A stretch of 64,000 bases of DNA from Calditrichia bacterium (GTDB lineage Bacteria > Calditrichota > Calditrichia > RBG-13-44-9 > J075). Positions 37,974 to 47,564 of the stretch are shown piece by piece. The translations under genes were made by a program, and so were the position numbers. The notes below the pieces were generated by a model. It worked only from the letters and a program-made list of their open reading frames with translations, had not been told where the DNA came from and did no database searches. Numbering within the stretch: position 1 is the stretch's first letter; each line of letters opens with the position of its first letter. Location of the stretch: contig JBOEGD010000007.1 of the NCBI GenBank assembly GCA_050633245.1, positions 114,196 through 178,195 on the forward strand. Reading direction: 5' to 3'.

Positions 37974-40346
37974 TCACGTTCCGTGCAGTTTTCGGAACAC
38001 TTTACCAAAGTGAGTCATTTCGGGAATATTAGACACTTTAACCTTACCCATCATAAATGCAACTTGTGGATTGGTTTTGCCGAGCTCTATATCCATGTAG
38101 GTTTTGTCGGATGTCTCTACCACACAGCGTGGATCTCCACTTAATCCATCTTCTACAGTACACTGCCCGGAGAATATCTTGACGGTATATTCCCCACCCT
38201 GCTCACCAGATAGTCTGAAATGAAAAACGGTTCTATATTCCCCGGCTTTTTCGGGGCGAAAGCGATGCGGCATGCCATCAAAGATATCTTGAACAGAGTG
38301 AATATCGTGTTTAGTTGTTTTCGGCGCATGCTGGCGCTTACCAAGTCTTGGTGGTGGAACGCTGCGACGTGCTTTAGGAGTTGGTGCCGGTGGTGGTGCT
38401 GTACGCGCATCAGCAGGTGAAGAGTGTCCATTTGCTTGTTTGGAAGGAGCCGCAAGTATGGTTTCATCAGCGGACTTGGGATCCTTACCCGAGATTACCG
38501 GTTCAGTCACTTCTTCAGAAGATGTTTTGAGACGCGTCACGTCAATTCGCGGTTCTTTTGAAGATTGTGGCAATGGCTTTTCAGACAAAATGGTTGGATC
38601 AGTATTTTCCTGTATGCTATCTGCTATTTCTTCAGGCGTTTCTTTACCGGCTTTTTCCGCTTGCTGAACCGCTTTCTTTACGTCTTCTTCAGTAGCAATG
38701 TCTGCAGAAGACACTTCCTCGGTCTCAACAAGTTCAATACTCTCAGATATATCTTCTTCAAAAGTGGCAGATTCTTTTACAGGATCTGTAATCGGTTTTG
38801 CGGGTTTCGGAGGATCTGCGGGTACGTCTGCAACTACCTTTTTACCCGTATCTTTTGTTGACTTCTGTTGCGCCTTTGCAACTTCCGGCTCTTCGGCAGG
38901 CGCGCCTTCAACCGGTTTTTTTGCGGTCCCTTTTTTCTTCGATTCCTTTAGGTCTTCGACTGTTTTCTCTTCCTTTTGGGAAGCCGTCTTTTTTGCAGTC
39001 TCTTTTACCTTAGCAGTCTTTTTCTCAGAAGAACCCCCTTCAACTTCTACAGGAGGAACCACTACTTTAGCCTCTTTCTCTACTTCCTCGGGCTCAACAG
39101 CATTCAGCTCCTCAACAGTTTCTTGCACAAGTGGAAGGTCAGGAGAAGATTCATCTGCATCAGGTGCATCCAGAAGTGAGACTGAAGGCGAGCGAAATTC
39201 AAAGTCATCAATAACCAGCTTGGAAACGATTTCGCGCATGATATCTGTGCTTCCGCCGACAAGGGTGGATATTCGCGCATCGCGATAAAGACGCGAGATA
39301 AGATAGTCTGAAGTATATCCAAACTCGCCAAAACACTGCAGACACTCATCCGCGACTTTTTTAGCCAGTTCCGTACTAAAAAGTTTTGCCATAGTGCATT
39401 CTTTAAGCGCCTGCTCGCCTCTGCCATACTGCCAAGCGGCAAAGTAGGTTAATCGACGAGCAGCCTCTATTTCGGTTGCCAAATCGGAAAGTGCATGTCG
39501 TGTAGACTGAAAGTGAGACGACGGATGGTCAAACTTCTTACGCTCGGCAAGATATTCGAGGGTATGCTCCAGACAAAATTCAGCGGAAGCAACGGAGGTT
39601 ACCGCTGCAATCAAGCGTTCCAGCTGGTAGCATTCCATGATGTAATAAAACCCCATATTTTCTTCACCGATGAGGTTTGCAGCGGGTACGCGTACGTTTT
39701 TAAACGACAATTCTGCAGTATCGGCAGACTGCCAACCAACTTTTTCTAACTTGCGGCTGCTGAAACCGTCAGTATTACTATCAACAATGAATAGCGAAAT
39801 TCCGCTGGCTCCGGCTTCGGGATCTGTCTTGGCGGCAACAATAACAAAGTCACCGTAAATGCCATTAATGACAAAGCTTTTTGACCCGTTCAATACATAG
39901 TTATTCTTCTCACGCACAGCCCGGGTTTTTATTTCAGAAACATCTGAACTGACATTCGGCTCTGCAAGGGCCAATGCTCCGATACGCTTTCCGGCGATAC
40001 CCGCACTTAGATATTTTTTCTGAAGTGCCTCTGAAGCAAAACGCTCCACATAGGCAAGAGCCATAAACTGGTGCATATTTACGGCAGCTGAAAAACCGCC
40101 CATCGCACTACGCGTAAGTTCTTCCAGAAATACTACGCTCGAGAAGAAATCTGCTTCCAAACCGCCAAATTTCTTGGAGTAGTTTATTCCCAGGAATTTC
40201 TCTTCACCCATTTTTAACCAAGTCTCGCGCGGAATGCGCCCGGACTTTTCCCATTCCTGGGCATTCGGTGAAATTTCCTTTTCGACAAAATTCCGGACAG
40301 ACTTACGGAGAGCTTCGTGTTTTTCATTGAAAAACGGTGACTTCAT
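37974..40346 (-). CDS. Acyl-CoA dehydrogenase fused via ~300-aa low-complexity linker to an SCP2 sterol/acyl-carrier domain
   Basis: ACAD motifs (LNGSK, DTAELSF.NVRVP..NLIGEE..GF, ERL, MAKL, RLYRDAR), E/K/P/A/S-rich linker, C-terminal RFRPEKA...GGEYTV...GKTNPQVAFMMGKVKV. Confidence 0.88.
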   Translation of the reverse strand: MKSPFFNEKHEALRKSVRNFVEKEISPNAQEWEKSGRIPRETWLKMGEEKFLGINYSKKFGGLEADFFSSVVFLEELTRSAMGGFSAAVNMHQFMALAYVERFASEALQKKYLSAGIAGKRIGALALAEPNVSSDVSEIKTRAVREKNNYVLNGSKSFVINGIYGDFVIVAAKTDPEAGASGISLFIVDSNTDGFSSRKLEKVGWQSADTAELSFKNVRVPAANLIGEENMGFYYIMECYQLERLIAAVTSVASAEFCLEHTLEYLAERKKFDHPSSHFQSTRHALSDLATEIEAARRLTYFAAWQYGRGEQALKECTMAKLFSTELAKKVADECLQCFGEFGYTSDYLISRLYRDARISTLVGGSTDIMREIVSKLVIDDFEFRSPSVSLLDAPDADESSPDLPLVQETVEELNAVEPEEVEKEAKVVVPPVEVEGGSSEKKTAKVKETAKKTASQKEEKTVEDLKESKKKGTAKKPVEGAPAEEPEVAKAQQKSTKDTGKKVVADVPADPPKPAKPITDPVKESATFEEDISESIELVETEEVSSADIATEEDVKKAVQQAEKAGKETPEEIADSIQENTDPTILSEKPLPQSSKEPRIDVTRLKTSSEEVTEPVISGKDPKSADETILAAPSKQANGHSSPADARTAPPPAPTPKARRSVPPPRLGKRQHAPKTTKHDIHSVQDIFDGMPHRFRPEKAGEYRTVFHFRLSGEQGGEYTVKIFSGQCTVEDGLSGDPRCVVETSDKTYMDIELGKTNPQVAFMMGKVKVSNIPEMTHFGKVFRKLHGT

Positions 40347-40482
40347 TCCATTACCTCAATACCAATTCAACATGAACTGCGTCTAATTCATCGGAGGTAA
40401 AAGTATACAATTTTTACAAGGGAGAATTGATATACCGCATAAGATTGCGGCAGACGTTTGGAATCGTTCTGCCGCTGCGGTA

Positions 40483-42606
40483 TTAATAGAACTTTTTGGC
40501 AGTGTTTACCATCTCGGAAAGGATTGGAGCAGGAGTAAAGCGCGGGCCACATTGCTTTTGATATTCCTGAAGCATCTTTAGCAGAACTTCGGCGCCGGTC
40601 GAATCTGCATAGCGGAATGGACCACCGAGAAATGGCGGAAATCCCAGCCCCAGAATGGCCCCAAGGTCGCCATCTTGAGGAGAAGTAATGATTCCTTCAC
40701 CCAGACAATACATGGCCTCGTTCACCATCATTAGAAGGAGGCGATCCTGAACTTCAAATGGCGGGTGTTCTCTTCGGCTCATTCCGCCAAAATATTTATA
40801 GACACTCTGATTCACTTCTTTATTCTTGCCAGGTCGACCATCTTTATCCAGTTCATAATGGTAGAAGCCTTTTTGATTTTTTCTGCCCAATAGCCCGTCA
40901 TCAACAAGTTTAGCCATTACATCAGACGTTTTGGCACCGCGCCCGGCAAATAAGCCAGAGAGCACATCTGATACATGTGCTCCGACATCAATGCCAACCT
41001 CATCAATAAGCGTAAGCGGGCCAACAGGAAAGCCAAAACGCTTCATCGTGCGATCGATGTAGGCAATATCTCCGCCTTCCGCAAGAAGTAGTAATGCCTC
41101 ATTCAGCATAGGAGCAAGGATGCGAGTGGTATAAAAGCCAGGGCCATCTTTGACAACGATTACTGTTTTACCCTGTTTTATCCCCACATCTACAGCCGTT
41201 GCAGTCACCCAATCGCTTGTTTGTGGAGTTATAATAATTTCCAGTAGTGGCATTTTCGGAACCGGCGAAAAATAGTGCATGCCTATCACGTTCTGCGGTC
41301 TTTGTGCCTTTGCGGCAATGTCACCAATCGGCAATGACGACGTGTTGCTTGCAAAAATACAGTTTGCATCCGTTGCGGCCTCAACTTCCGATAAGATGCG
41401 ATGCTTCAGGCTCAGATCTTCGAAAACGGCCTCAACAACGACTTCAGCAGACTTAAATCCGCGATAATCGGTTTGGCCGCTAAGCCGGTTGAAGGTGACG
41501 TCTCGCTGAAACGAAGAGATCACCTTCTTACGGACCTTACGATCCAAATCGTAATAAATCATTTTCTGGCCGCGCGCGACATTTTCAATGCTTATATCTT
41601 TTAATACTGCCCTAAACGAGCTATTTATGCTAACATTCGCAATTCCGGAGCCCATTAAACCGGCACCAACAATGCCAATCGTTTTTACGTTCTTCACTTG
41701 ATCTGTAAGCGGGTTTTTCTTTTTGTCAGTAATACTAAAAAAGAGCTGCCGTAATTCGACTGACTGCGGACTACGCGTTAGCTTTTCAAACGAATTTGCT
41801 TCCTCTAAAAGCCCTGCTGCCATTCCACTACTTATCCCCTTCTGAACACAGGAAATAATTTTTGCAGGAGCAGGATAGTGCCCACCCGTTTGCTTAGCAG
41901 CTATTTTACGAGCTTGATTAAAAATAATTTTGCGCAGTGGTGTTTTCTCCAACGCTTTGCCGAAGAGAGAAAGACGCGGCTTGCGCTTCGGCATATTATC
42001 GACCAGGTTTAGCGCAGCCTTTCTGGCGCTGTCTAGCAAGGCGTGTTCACTCACAATCAAATCGACAAGCCCCATTTTCTTTGCAGGTACCGGATAAACG
42101 TTCTTCCCCGTTAAAAGAATATCGAGTGCACGCTGAATTCCAATAAGTCTTGGCAAGCGCTGTGTACCACCCGCGCCGGGAAGTAAGCCCAGTTTTACTT
42201 CAGGCAACCCAAAAATTGTTTTGGGAGAATCGCTGCATATCCGGTAATCACAAGCGAGCGCGACTTCTAAGCCCCCGCCCAGAGCAGCGCCATGAACTGC
42301 TGCAACTACGGGCTTTGGGAAGTCGTCCAGACGCTGTAGCAGTTCTTGCCCCGCCCGCACCAGCTTTTCAACCTCGCCGGGTAATTTTAACTCAGCGAGT
42401 TCATCCAGATCAGCTCCGACAATAAAGCTGTCTACTTTCCTGCTAATCAAGACTACAGCGATAATCCTATTATCCTGTCCAAGTGTTGACAGCATCGTTG
42501 CAAACTCATCGAGAAGATAGGCACCGAGTTTATTTACTTTCTCGCCTTCCTGATCTAGCCAGACGACTGCTACCGAGTTATGCATTTCGAGGTGTAAATA
42601 AGGCAT
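40483..42606 (-). CDS. fadJ: Fatty-acid oxidation complex alpha subunit (enoyl-CoA hydratase/3-hydroxyacyl-CoA dehydrogenase)
   Basis: ALGGGLEVALAC, PEVKLGLLPGAGGTQRLPRLIG, GAGLMGSGIA, ASNTSSLPI, GMHYFSPV.KMPLLEI. Confidence 0.92.
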   Translation of the reverse strand: MPYLHLEMHNSVAVVWLDQEGEKVNKLGAYLLDEFATMLSTLGQDNRIIAVVLISRKVDSFIVGADLDELAELKLPGEVEKLVRAGQELLQRLDDFPKPVVAAVHGAALGGGLEVALACDYRICSDSPKTIFGLPEVKLGLLPGAGGTQRLPRLIGIQRALDILLTGKNVYPVPAKKMGLVDLIVSEHALLDSARKAALNLVDNMPKRKPRLSLFGKALEKTPLRKIIFNQARKIAAKQTGGHYPAPAKIISCVQKGISSGMAAGLLEEANSFEKLTRSPQSVELRQLFFSITDKKKNPLTDQVKNVKTIGIVGAGLMGSGIANVSINSSFRAVLKDISIENVARGQKMIYYDLDRKVRKKVISSFQRDVTFNRLSGQTDYRGFKSAEVVVEAVFEDLSLKHRILSEVEAATDANCIFASNTSSLPIGDIAAKAQRPQNVIGMHYFSPVPKMPLLEIIITPQTSDWVTATAVDVGIKQGKTVIVVKDGPGFYTTRILAPMLNEALLLLAEGGDIAYIDRTMKRFGFPVGPLTLIDEVGIDVGAHVSDVLSGLFAGRGAKTSDVMAKLVDDGLLGRKNQKGFYHYELDKDGRPGKNKEVNQSVYKYFGGMSRREHPPFEVQDRLLLMMVNEAMYCLGEGIITSPQDGDLGAILGLGFPPFLGGPFRYADSTGAEVLLKMLQEYQKQCGPRFTPAPILSEMVNTAKKFY

Positions 42607-42651
42607 TTATTCTGTTCCTATTTTCAATTCTGTGAACGTAACGAAGACTTG

Positions 42652-43947
42652 TTACGCGTCATAGCGTTCTAAAATCATGGCATTTCCAATAGCTCCGGCG
42701 GCGCAGGACGCAATGAGTGCGAAGCGCGCATTTTCATGATGAAGACGATTTACCGCGGTAGTTACAAGCCGACCACCGGTAGCACCAAACGGATGTCCGA
42801 TAGACAATGAGCCGCCCCAGGTATTCAATTTATCCAATGGCACTTCTCCAACCCGCGAACTCCGCCCCAATTTTTCCTTCGCAAAGCTATCGCTATTTAA
42901 GCAATTCAGATTGGCGACTACCTGCGCCGCAAACGCTTCGTGGAATTCAAATACCCCAATGTCCTGCAATCTTAGTCCGCTCTTATCGAGTACTTTCGGC
43001 GTGCTATATGCAGGCCCAAGCAAGAGCTCATCTTCCGGGTTCTGAGCACTGTAAGCATAGCTGTTAAATGTCGCTTTGGGTGTGTAGCCTAAAGATCGGG
43101 CAACATCTTCTGCCATAAGCAGTACCGCGGATGCACCATCAGTCAGATAGGAAGAATTTGCTGCGGTAAGCGTGCCATATGGTTTAATAAAAGCCGGTTT
43201 AAGACTTTTCAACTTTTCCATCTTGCTGTCACCGCGTATGCCATTGTCTGCCGACAGCACATTAAATTTAGGTGGAAGCGGCACAGGTGCAATTTCTTTG
43301 CCCAGCAGTCCGGCCTCCGTCGCCTTGGCAGCGAGGTGATGAGAGCGCAACGCAAATTCATCCTGTTCTTCACGTGTTACACCAAGTCTTGCAGCCATAC
43401 GATCACAATCTTGCCCCATTGTGCGTCCGGTTGAATATTCGCTAATTGATGGTATTTCCGGTAAGACGTCGCTGAATTTAAGACCTCGGAAAAACTTCAG
43501 CCAATCGGTTGGCTTTCGGTAGCGCTGTGACTCAATGAGTTTTTGGCGGAATCGGCGGCGAAACTTTATTGGTACATCAGACATTAGCTCAGTGCCTCCT
43601 GCAATGACGATATCAGCCTGTCCGGTCCGAATCAAGTCCACGGCATTCGTTACCGCTTTGTTACTGGAGATGCATGCTTGAGTAATCGTCGCTGCGGGAA
43701 CATGGTTCGGCACGCCAGCGGCCAACGCCGCCTCACGTGCAACATTGCTGGTAGACATGTTAGAGATAACACTGCCCATCAGCACCCAGTCTATTTTTTC
43801 CGGATCGACCTGACTGCGATCGAGCAGTGCTTTAATAGCCATGCGACCAAGATCGTAGGAAGTAAAGCGTTTATAATCTGTTCCGGCTCTCAAAAATGGA
43901 ATTCTGCAGCCATCGACATATACGGCCTTGCGCAATAGACCAGACAT
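42652..43947 (-). CDS. fadI: 3-ketoacyl-CoA thiolase (FadI/HADHB type)
   Basis: TQACISS, EFHEAFA, GGSLSIGHPFGATG, SCAAGAIG. Confidence 0.92.
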   Translation of the reverse strand: MSGLLRKAVYVDGCRIPFLRAGTDYKRFTSYDLGRMAIKALLDRSQVDPEKIDWVLMGSVISNMSTSNVAREAALAAGVPNHVPAATITQACISSNKAVTNAVDLIRTGQADIVIAGGTELMSDVPIKFRRRFRQKLIESQRYRKPTDWLKFFRGLKFSDVLPEIPSISEYSTGRTMGQDCDRMAARLGVTREEQDEFALRSHHLAAKATEAGLLGKEIAPVPLPPKFNVLSADNGIRGDSKMEKLKSLKPAFIKPYGTLTAANSSYLTDGASAVLLMAEDVARSLGYTPKATFNSYAYSAQNPEDELLLGPAYSTPKVLDKSGLRLQDIGVFEFHEAFAAQVVANLNCLNSDSFAKEKLGRSSRVGEVPLDKLNTWGGSLSIGHPFGATGGRLVTTAVNRLHHENARFALIASCAAGAIGNAMILERYDA

Positions 43948-43993
43948 AAAATATTCCTTTATTCGTTAGCAAAAATCGAAAGAAGAGTTTCTC

Positions 43994-44563
43994 TTACTCA
44001 TCTTCAGCCGGTTCAATAGAAGCACTCATAGAACCCTTACATTGTGGTATTCGCCAGTCCGAACCGTAATTGTGAATTTGATCTCGCTTGAGCTCGGCAC
44101 GTTCTTTGGAGGTCGTATCTACAACAACGCGACCGCTAAAGTCGACCGTGCAGGCCATTTGAAATGCAATAAGTCGGTTGTGCCCAAACAAGTCGCCAAG
44201 CATTTCAATCACATATTCGTAGCTATGATCATCATCATTATGTAAGACAACGTGGTATCTTGGAGCAAGACGCACCAGCTCCCGAGGTGCTTCAAAAGGG
44301 TCCTTTCGAATCTCCGGCAGGGTAATCACGTCGGGATCATCAGGCACATAGCCGGGCTCCCAGGGGTATTTTGCGGCAGGAGCATCAGACCTATATCCAT
44401 ACAGCCGTTCGGCCGTAGTGCCAACCAGATTATCAAACGCCTGCTCGTTCAGCGCGCCCTGCAGGCGTGGAGCAGCCATAGATAATGAACGTATCAAACG
44501 TTCTTTCTTCTTTTGGTATTGCTTAGAAAGCATAGCGTTAATCTTCTTAGAGAATAGATCCAA
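43994..44563 (-). CDS. clpS: Clp protease adaptor ClpS with N-terminal extension (start uncertain: TTG 44563 or ATG 44533)
   Basis: PRYHVVLHNDDDHSYEYVIEML...A..VD..GR.VV...ERAELK...M.A.IEP. Confidence 0.85.
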   Translation of the reverse strand: MDLFSKKINAMLSKQYQKKKERLIRSLSMAAPRLQGALNEQAFDNLVGTTAERLYGYRSDAPAAKYPWEPGYVPDDPDVITLPEIRKDPFEAPRELVRLAPRYHVVLHNDDDHSYEYVIEMLGDLFGHNRLIAFQMACTVDFSGRVVVDTTSKERAELKRDQIHNYGSDWRIPQCKGSMSASIEPAEDE

Positions 44564-44682
44564 ATGCAGGTCTAAATATAGCCTTTGGGAAGATATTTTA
44601 CTAGTATTTTTTGGGCTGAAAGAGTTTTTAGCGAAGAGAAGATCGATGCTTAAACTGTTTAAAATTGCTCGCTTAGCAGAAT

Positions 44683-46050
44683 TTATTCCTGAAGCTGATC
44701 TTTTACTAACTTTGAAACGACCTCATAGAGTTTTCCAATATTAATCGGCTTGGTAAGATAATCATCCATTCCTGCTTTTAAACAAGCCTCGCGATCACCC
44801 GCCATGGCATTTGCGGTGAGTGCAATAATCGGAATGCTATAAATACCTTCTAAAGGCGATTGGCGAATACGTCTGGTTGCCTCGAGGCCATCCATTTCCG
44901 GCATCTGCATGTCCATCAACACCAAATCATAAGAGATACGTTCAAGCGCTTCCAGAGCTTCGTATCCATTTGCGACCAGGTCGACACGGATTTTCTTTTT
45001 CGTTAGCAAACGTAATATAAGTTTTTGATTCACTTGATTATCTTCTGCTACCAGCACTCGTAGTGGGCTACCATCTTCCCGAAGAAAGGACAATCCCGAA
45101 CCTTTCGAGTCTGCAATCTTTTGGTTGCTGTCAGATTGTTCATTAACTTTGCTGAGTTTAACGCTGAACCAGAAAGTTGATCCCACGTTCGATTCACTTG
45201 TTACGCCGACATGTCCACCCATCAAAAGGGCGAGCTTCCTACAAATGGATAGTCCCAAGCCAGTTCCACCATATTTCCGAGACGTTGAGGTATCCGCCTG
45301 TTCAAAACGTTCGAAGACCCGATCTATTTTATCGCTGGGTATTCCTATTCCACTGTCCTTTACTGAAAAATTCATCGTAACTGAATTAACTTCTGAAGAC
45401 TCAGGGGCAACTGTAAGGGCGATCTCTCCTTGTTCTGTGAATTTCAGAGCATTGGAGAGATAGTTAATGAGTATCTGACGAATACGTGAAGGATCTCCGT
45501 GAAACATTGCATTTGGAGGGAAATCTATAGCTGTAATCAGCCGAAGGTTCTTGGATTCGATACGAGTACGTAACAGCTCGGCGGTGCTGTTTATCAATTG
45601 ATGCAGATTAAAATCGATATACTCCAGATCCAGCTTACCCGCCTCAATCTTGGAAAAGTCTAAAATGTCATTAATTAGTGAAAGAAGCGACTCTGCACTT
45701 ATTTGAACCATTCTGGAAAGTTCAATTTGCTCATTTGAAAGCGAGGACTCGAGCAGCAGTTGATTCATCCCGATAATACCATTCATCGGCGTGCGTATTT
45801 CATGGCTCATATTGGCCACAAACAGGCTTTTAGCTTGATTTGCTTTTTCGGCACTACGGCGGGCCTGTTCAAGTTCAACGGTACGCAGTTGAACTCGCTT
45901 TTCAAGTGATTCAGCAAGTTCCTTAAGCTCTCGGTTTGTATGAAACAATTCAAGGCTTTTCTCTTCAAGCAAGATCTCAGCAGCCTTTCGAGCCTCTCTC
46001 TCTCGCCTGAATCGCCGGCTATACTTATCTTCCTTGTCTGGCTGTTTCAT
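44683..46050 (-). CDS. Cytoplasmic hybrid histidine kinase (HisKA-HATPase-REC), H-NOX-associated type
   Basis: N-terminal RERxARKxAExLLExKSxEL, [33 protein letters not shown] with [14 protein letters not shown]. Confidence 0.93.
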   Translation of the reverse strand: MKQPDKEDKYSRRFRREREARKAAEILLEEKSLELFHTNRELKELAESLEKRVQLRTVELEQARRSAEKANQAKSLFVANMSHEIRTPMNGIIGMNQLLLESSLSNEQIELSRMVQISAESLLSLINDILDFSKIEAGKLDLEYIDFNLHQLINSTAELLRTRIESKNLRLITAIDFPPNAMFHGDPSRIRQILINYLSNALKFTEQGEIALTVAPESSEVNSVTMNFSVKDSGIGIPSDKIDRVFERFEQADTSTSRKYGGTGLGLSICRKLALLMGGHVGVTSESNVGSTFWFSVKLSKVNEQSDSNQKIADSKGSGLSFLREDGSPLRVLVAEDNQVNQKLILRLLTKKKIRVDLVANGYEALEALERISYDLVLMDMQMPEMDGLEATRRIRQSPLEGIYSIPIIALTANAMAGDREACLKAGMDDYLTKPINIGKLYEVVSKLVKDQLQE

Positions 46051-46080
46051 TTGTCCTAATCGATTTTCTGAGTGGCGATT

Positions 46081-46626
46081 TTAGTACTGTTTTGTCAATA
46101 AGAAGCGAATACATGTTCCTGAATCTGCGGGTAACGATTCTCGTTCAATTTTAATATCCTCATTAAAAAATTCAATGCATCCATCAATCAACCCGGCAGC
46201 GAGGTCCCCAAAAGCGCGTTGAGATCGATAAATCATTTCGAGTTGATTCTCTGCAGGCCTGCTATAATCAAAGCTGGGCAGTTCGGCATCCGGGTAAAGT
46301 TTCCGCACCTCAACGTGGATATAGTGCTCAATTGATTGAAGAAAATCGAAAGCAGAATCGACTCCCTTAAAGAACTGTTCATACCCCGCAGCAAAGCGCC
46401 CAAAAAGATGTTTGCCATAAGCGTGGATCAGGCCATCAACAGGTTTATCTGTCAACAAATGGAGCTGTGTAACCAATTCAACCATTTCCCGATGGTCGTA
46501 TGTGCCGACTGAGGTGTAAGCACCACCAGATTCAAGTTCGCTATTATCAATCATATCATCAGCGATATCAAGACCGAACTCGTCTTCTACAAATTCCACA
46601 AATTCTGTAAAAACAACACCTTTCAC
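46081..46626 (-). CDS. H-NOX (HNOB) heme-NO-binding protein
   Basis: MKGVVF start, proximal His104 (YIHVEVRKLYPD), Pro117, Y133-x-S135-x-R137. No distal Tyr. GTG start after GGAGG. Confidence 0.92.
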   Translation of the reverse strand: MKGVVFTEFVEFVEDEFGLDIADDMIDNSELESGGAYTSVGTYDHREMVELVTQLHLLTDKPVDGLIHAYGKHLFGRFAAGYEQFFKGVDSAFDFLQSIEHYIHVEVRKLYPDAELPSFDYSRPAENQLEMIYRSQRAFGDLAAGLIDGCIEFFNEDIKIERESLPADSGTCIRFLLTKQY

Positions 46627-46649
46627 TCAAACCTCCTGATATCCTTTTT

Positions 46650-47192
46650 TTAAAACATCTTTAACATTGAGAACTTTACCGTATTGACACCTTCTTCAAG
46701 ATGGTCTTCGCGCTCAAAGATCACTTTCTCGCCGAAGTGTTCAATACAACCTTTCAGCAGGCCTTCAGTAAGATCGGTATATTCATCTCTGGACTGATAC
46801 AACATTACCATTCGATTTGCCTCAGCAGGATCGAATTCGAGCTTTAAATGCGAGTCAGGATAAATCTGTTGAATTTGGTTGTTTGCCAAAGACTCAACCT
46901 GCTGTAGAAACTGAAAGGATGTGTCTGCGGGTTCCAAATACGAATGATAGTTAACAACCAAGCGCGCAAACAAATGCTTGCCATAAATCCGCACGATGTC
47001 TGTGGTTGGAATACCGGTTGCGCGATTCAAAAACTCAACCATTGAGAAAAGATACTTTTCATCATATTCAGCATCATCTTCAAATGATTCAAATGCCGGA
47101 CTATTAGCAGCAGATTTTACGCTGGAAAGAACCTGTGCACCAAATTTTGTTTCGATAAAATCGACAAACTCCCTAAATACAATTCCTTTCAT
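46650..47192 (-). CDS. H-NOX-like paralog lacking the heme-ligating residues (pseudo-H-NOX)
   Basis: Colinear with 46081-46626 (MKGIVF, YGKHLF, FLQ, YPD, GL..GCIE.F.E), but His104->Asn, Pro117->Lys, YxSxR->YxSxD. Confidence 0.8.
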   Translation of the reverse strand: MKGIVFREFVDFIETKFGAQVLSSVKSAANSPAFESFEDDAEYDEKYLFSMVEFLNRATGIPTTDIVRIYGKHLFARLVVNYHSYLEPADTSFQFLQQVESLANNQIQQIYPDSHLKLEFDPAEANRMVMLYQSRDEYTDLTEGLLKGCIEHFGEKVIFEREDHLEEGVNTVKFSMLKMF

Positions 47193-47414
47193 TCACCTCT
47201 CCTCTGGCTCCATACATAAGTTGCCCGAAGTGAGATCGCCCCCAATGCAAATACTCACAGCGGATGTAAAAAACGTGCCGAACGCACAGATGTTTTCTGC
47301 TTTGGTTTCGGCAACAGCTTCAGTGGAAAAAGGATCTGTCATTCTTGACTGAACAATCCCGTTTGACTATTTTCGACGGGTAAGAAGCAAAGGTTAGAAA
47401 AAAGATAATGGCGG

Positions 47415-47560
47415 GGAGTGGTCACTACGTTCCCAGTGAGTCGTCGCTACGCTCCGGGTGAGTGTTCACTGCGTTCACGGGCAGTAACAAATTGGCGGGT
47501 AGCAAAATTTGTCACATCGAGCCCTTCGGCAAGCTCAGGACAGGCTCTGACGAGATGCGG
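47415..47560. repeat. REP-like repeat fragments, including GTCACATCGAGCCCTTCGGCAAGCTCAGGACAGGCTCTG (family of 5011/10328 elements)
   Basis: GAGCCCTTCGGC..GCTCAGGACAGGCTCTG matches the element at 10339-10380. Confidence 0.7.
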
Positions 47561-47564
47561 GCGG

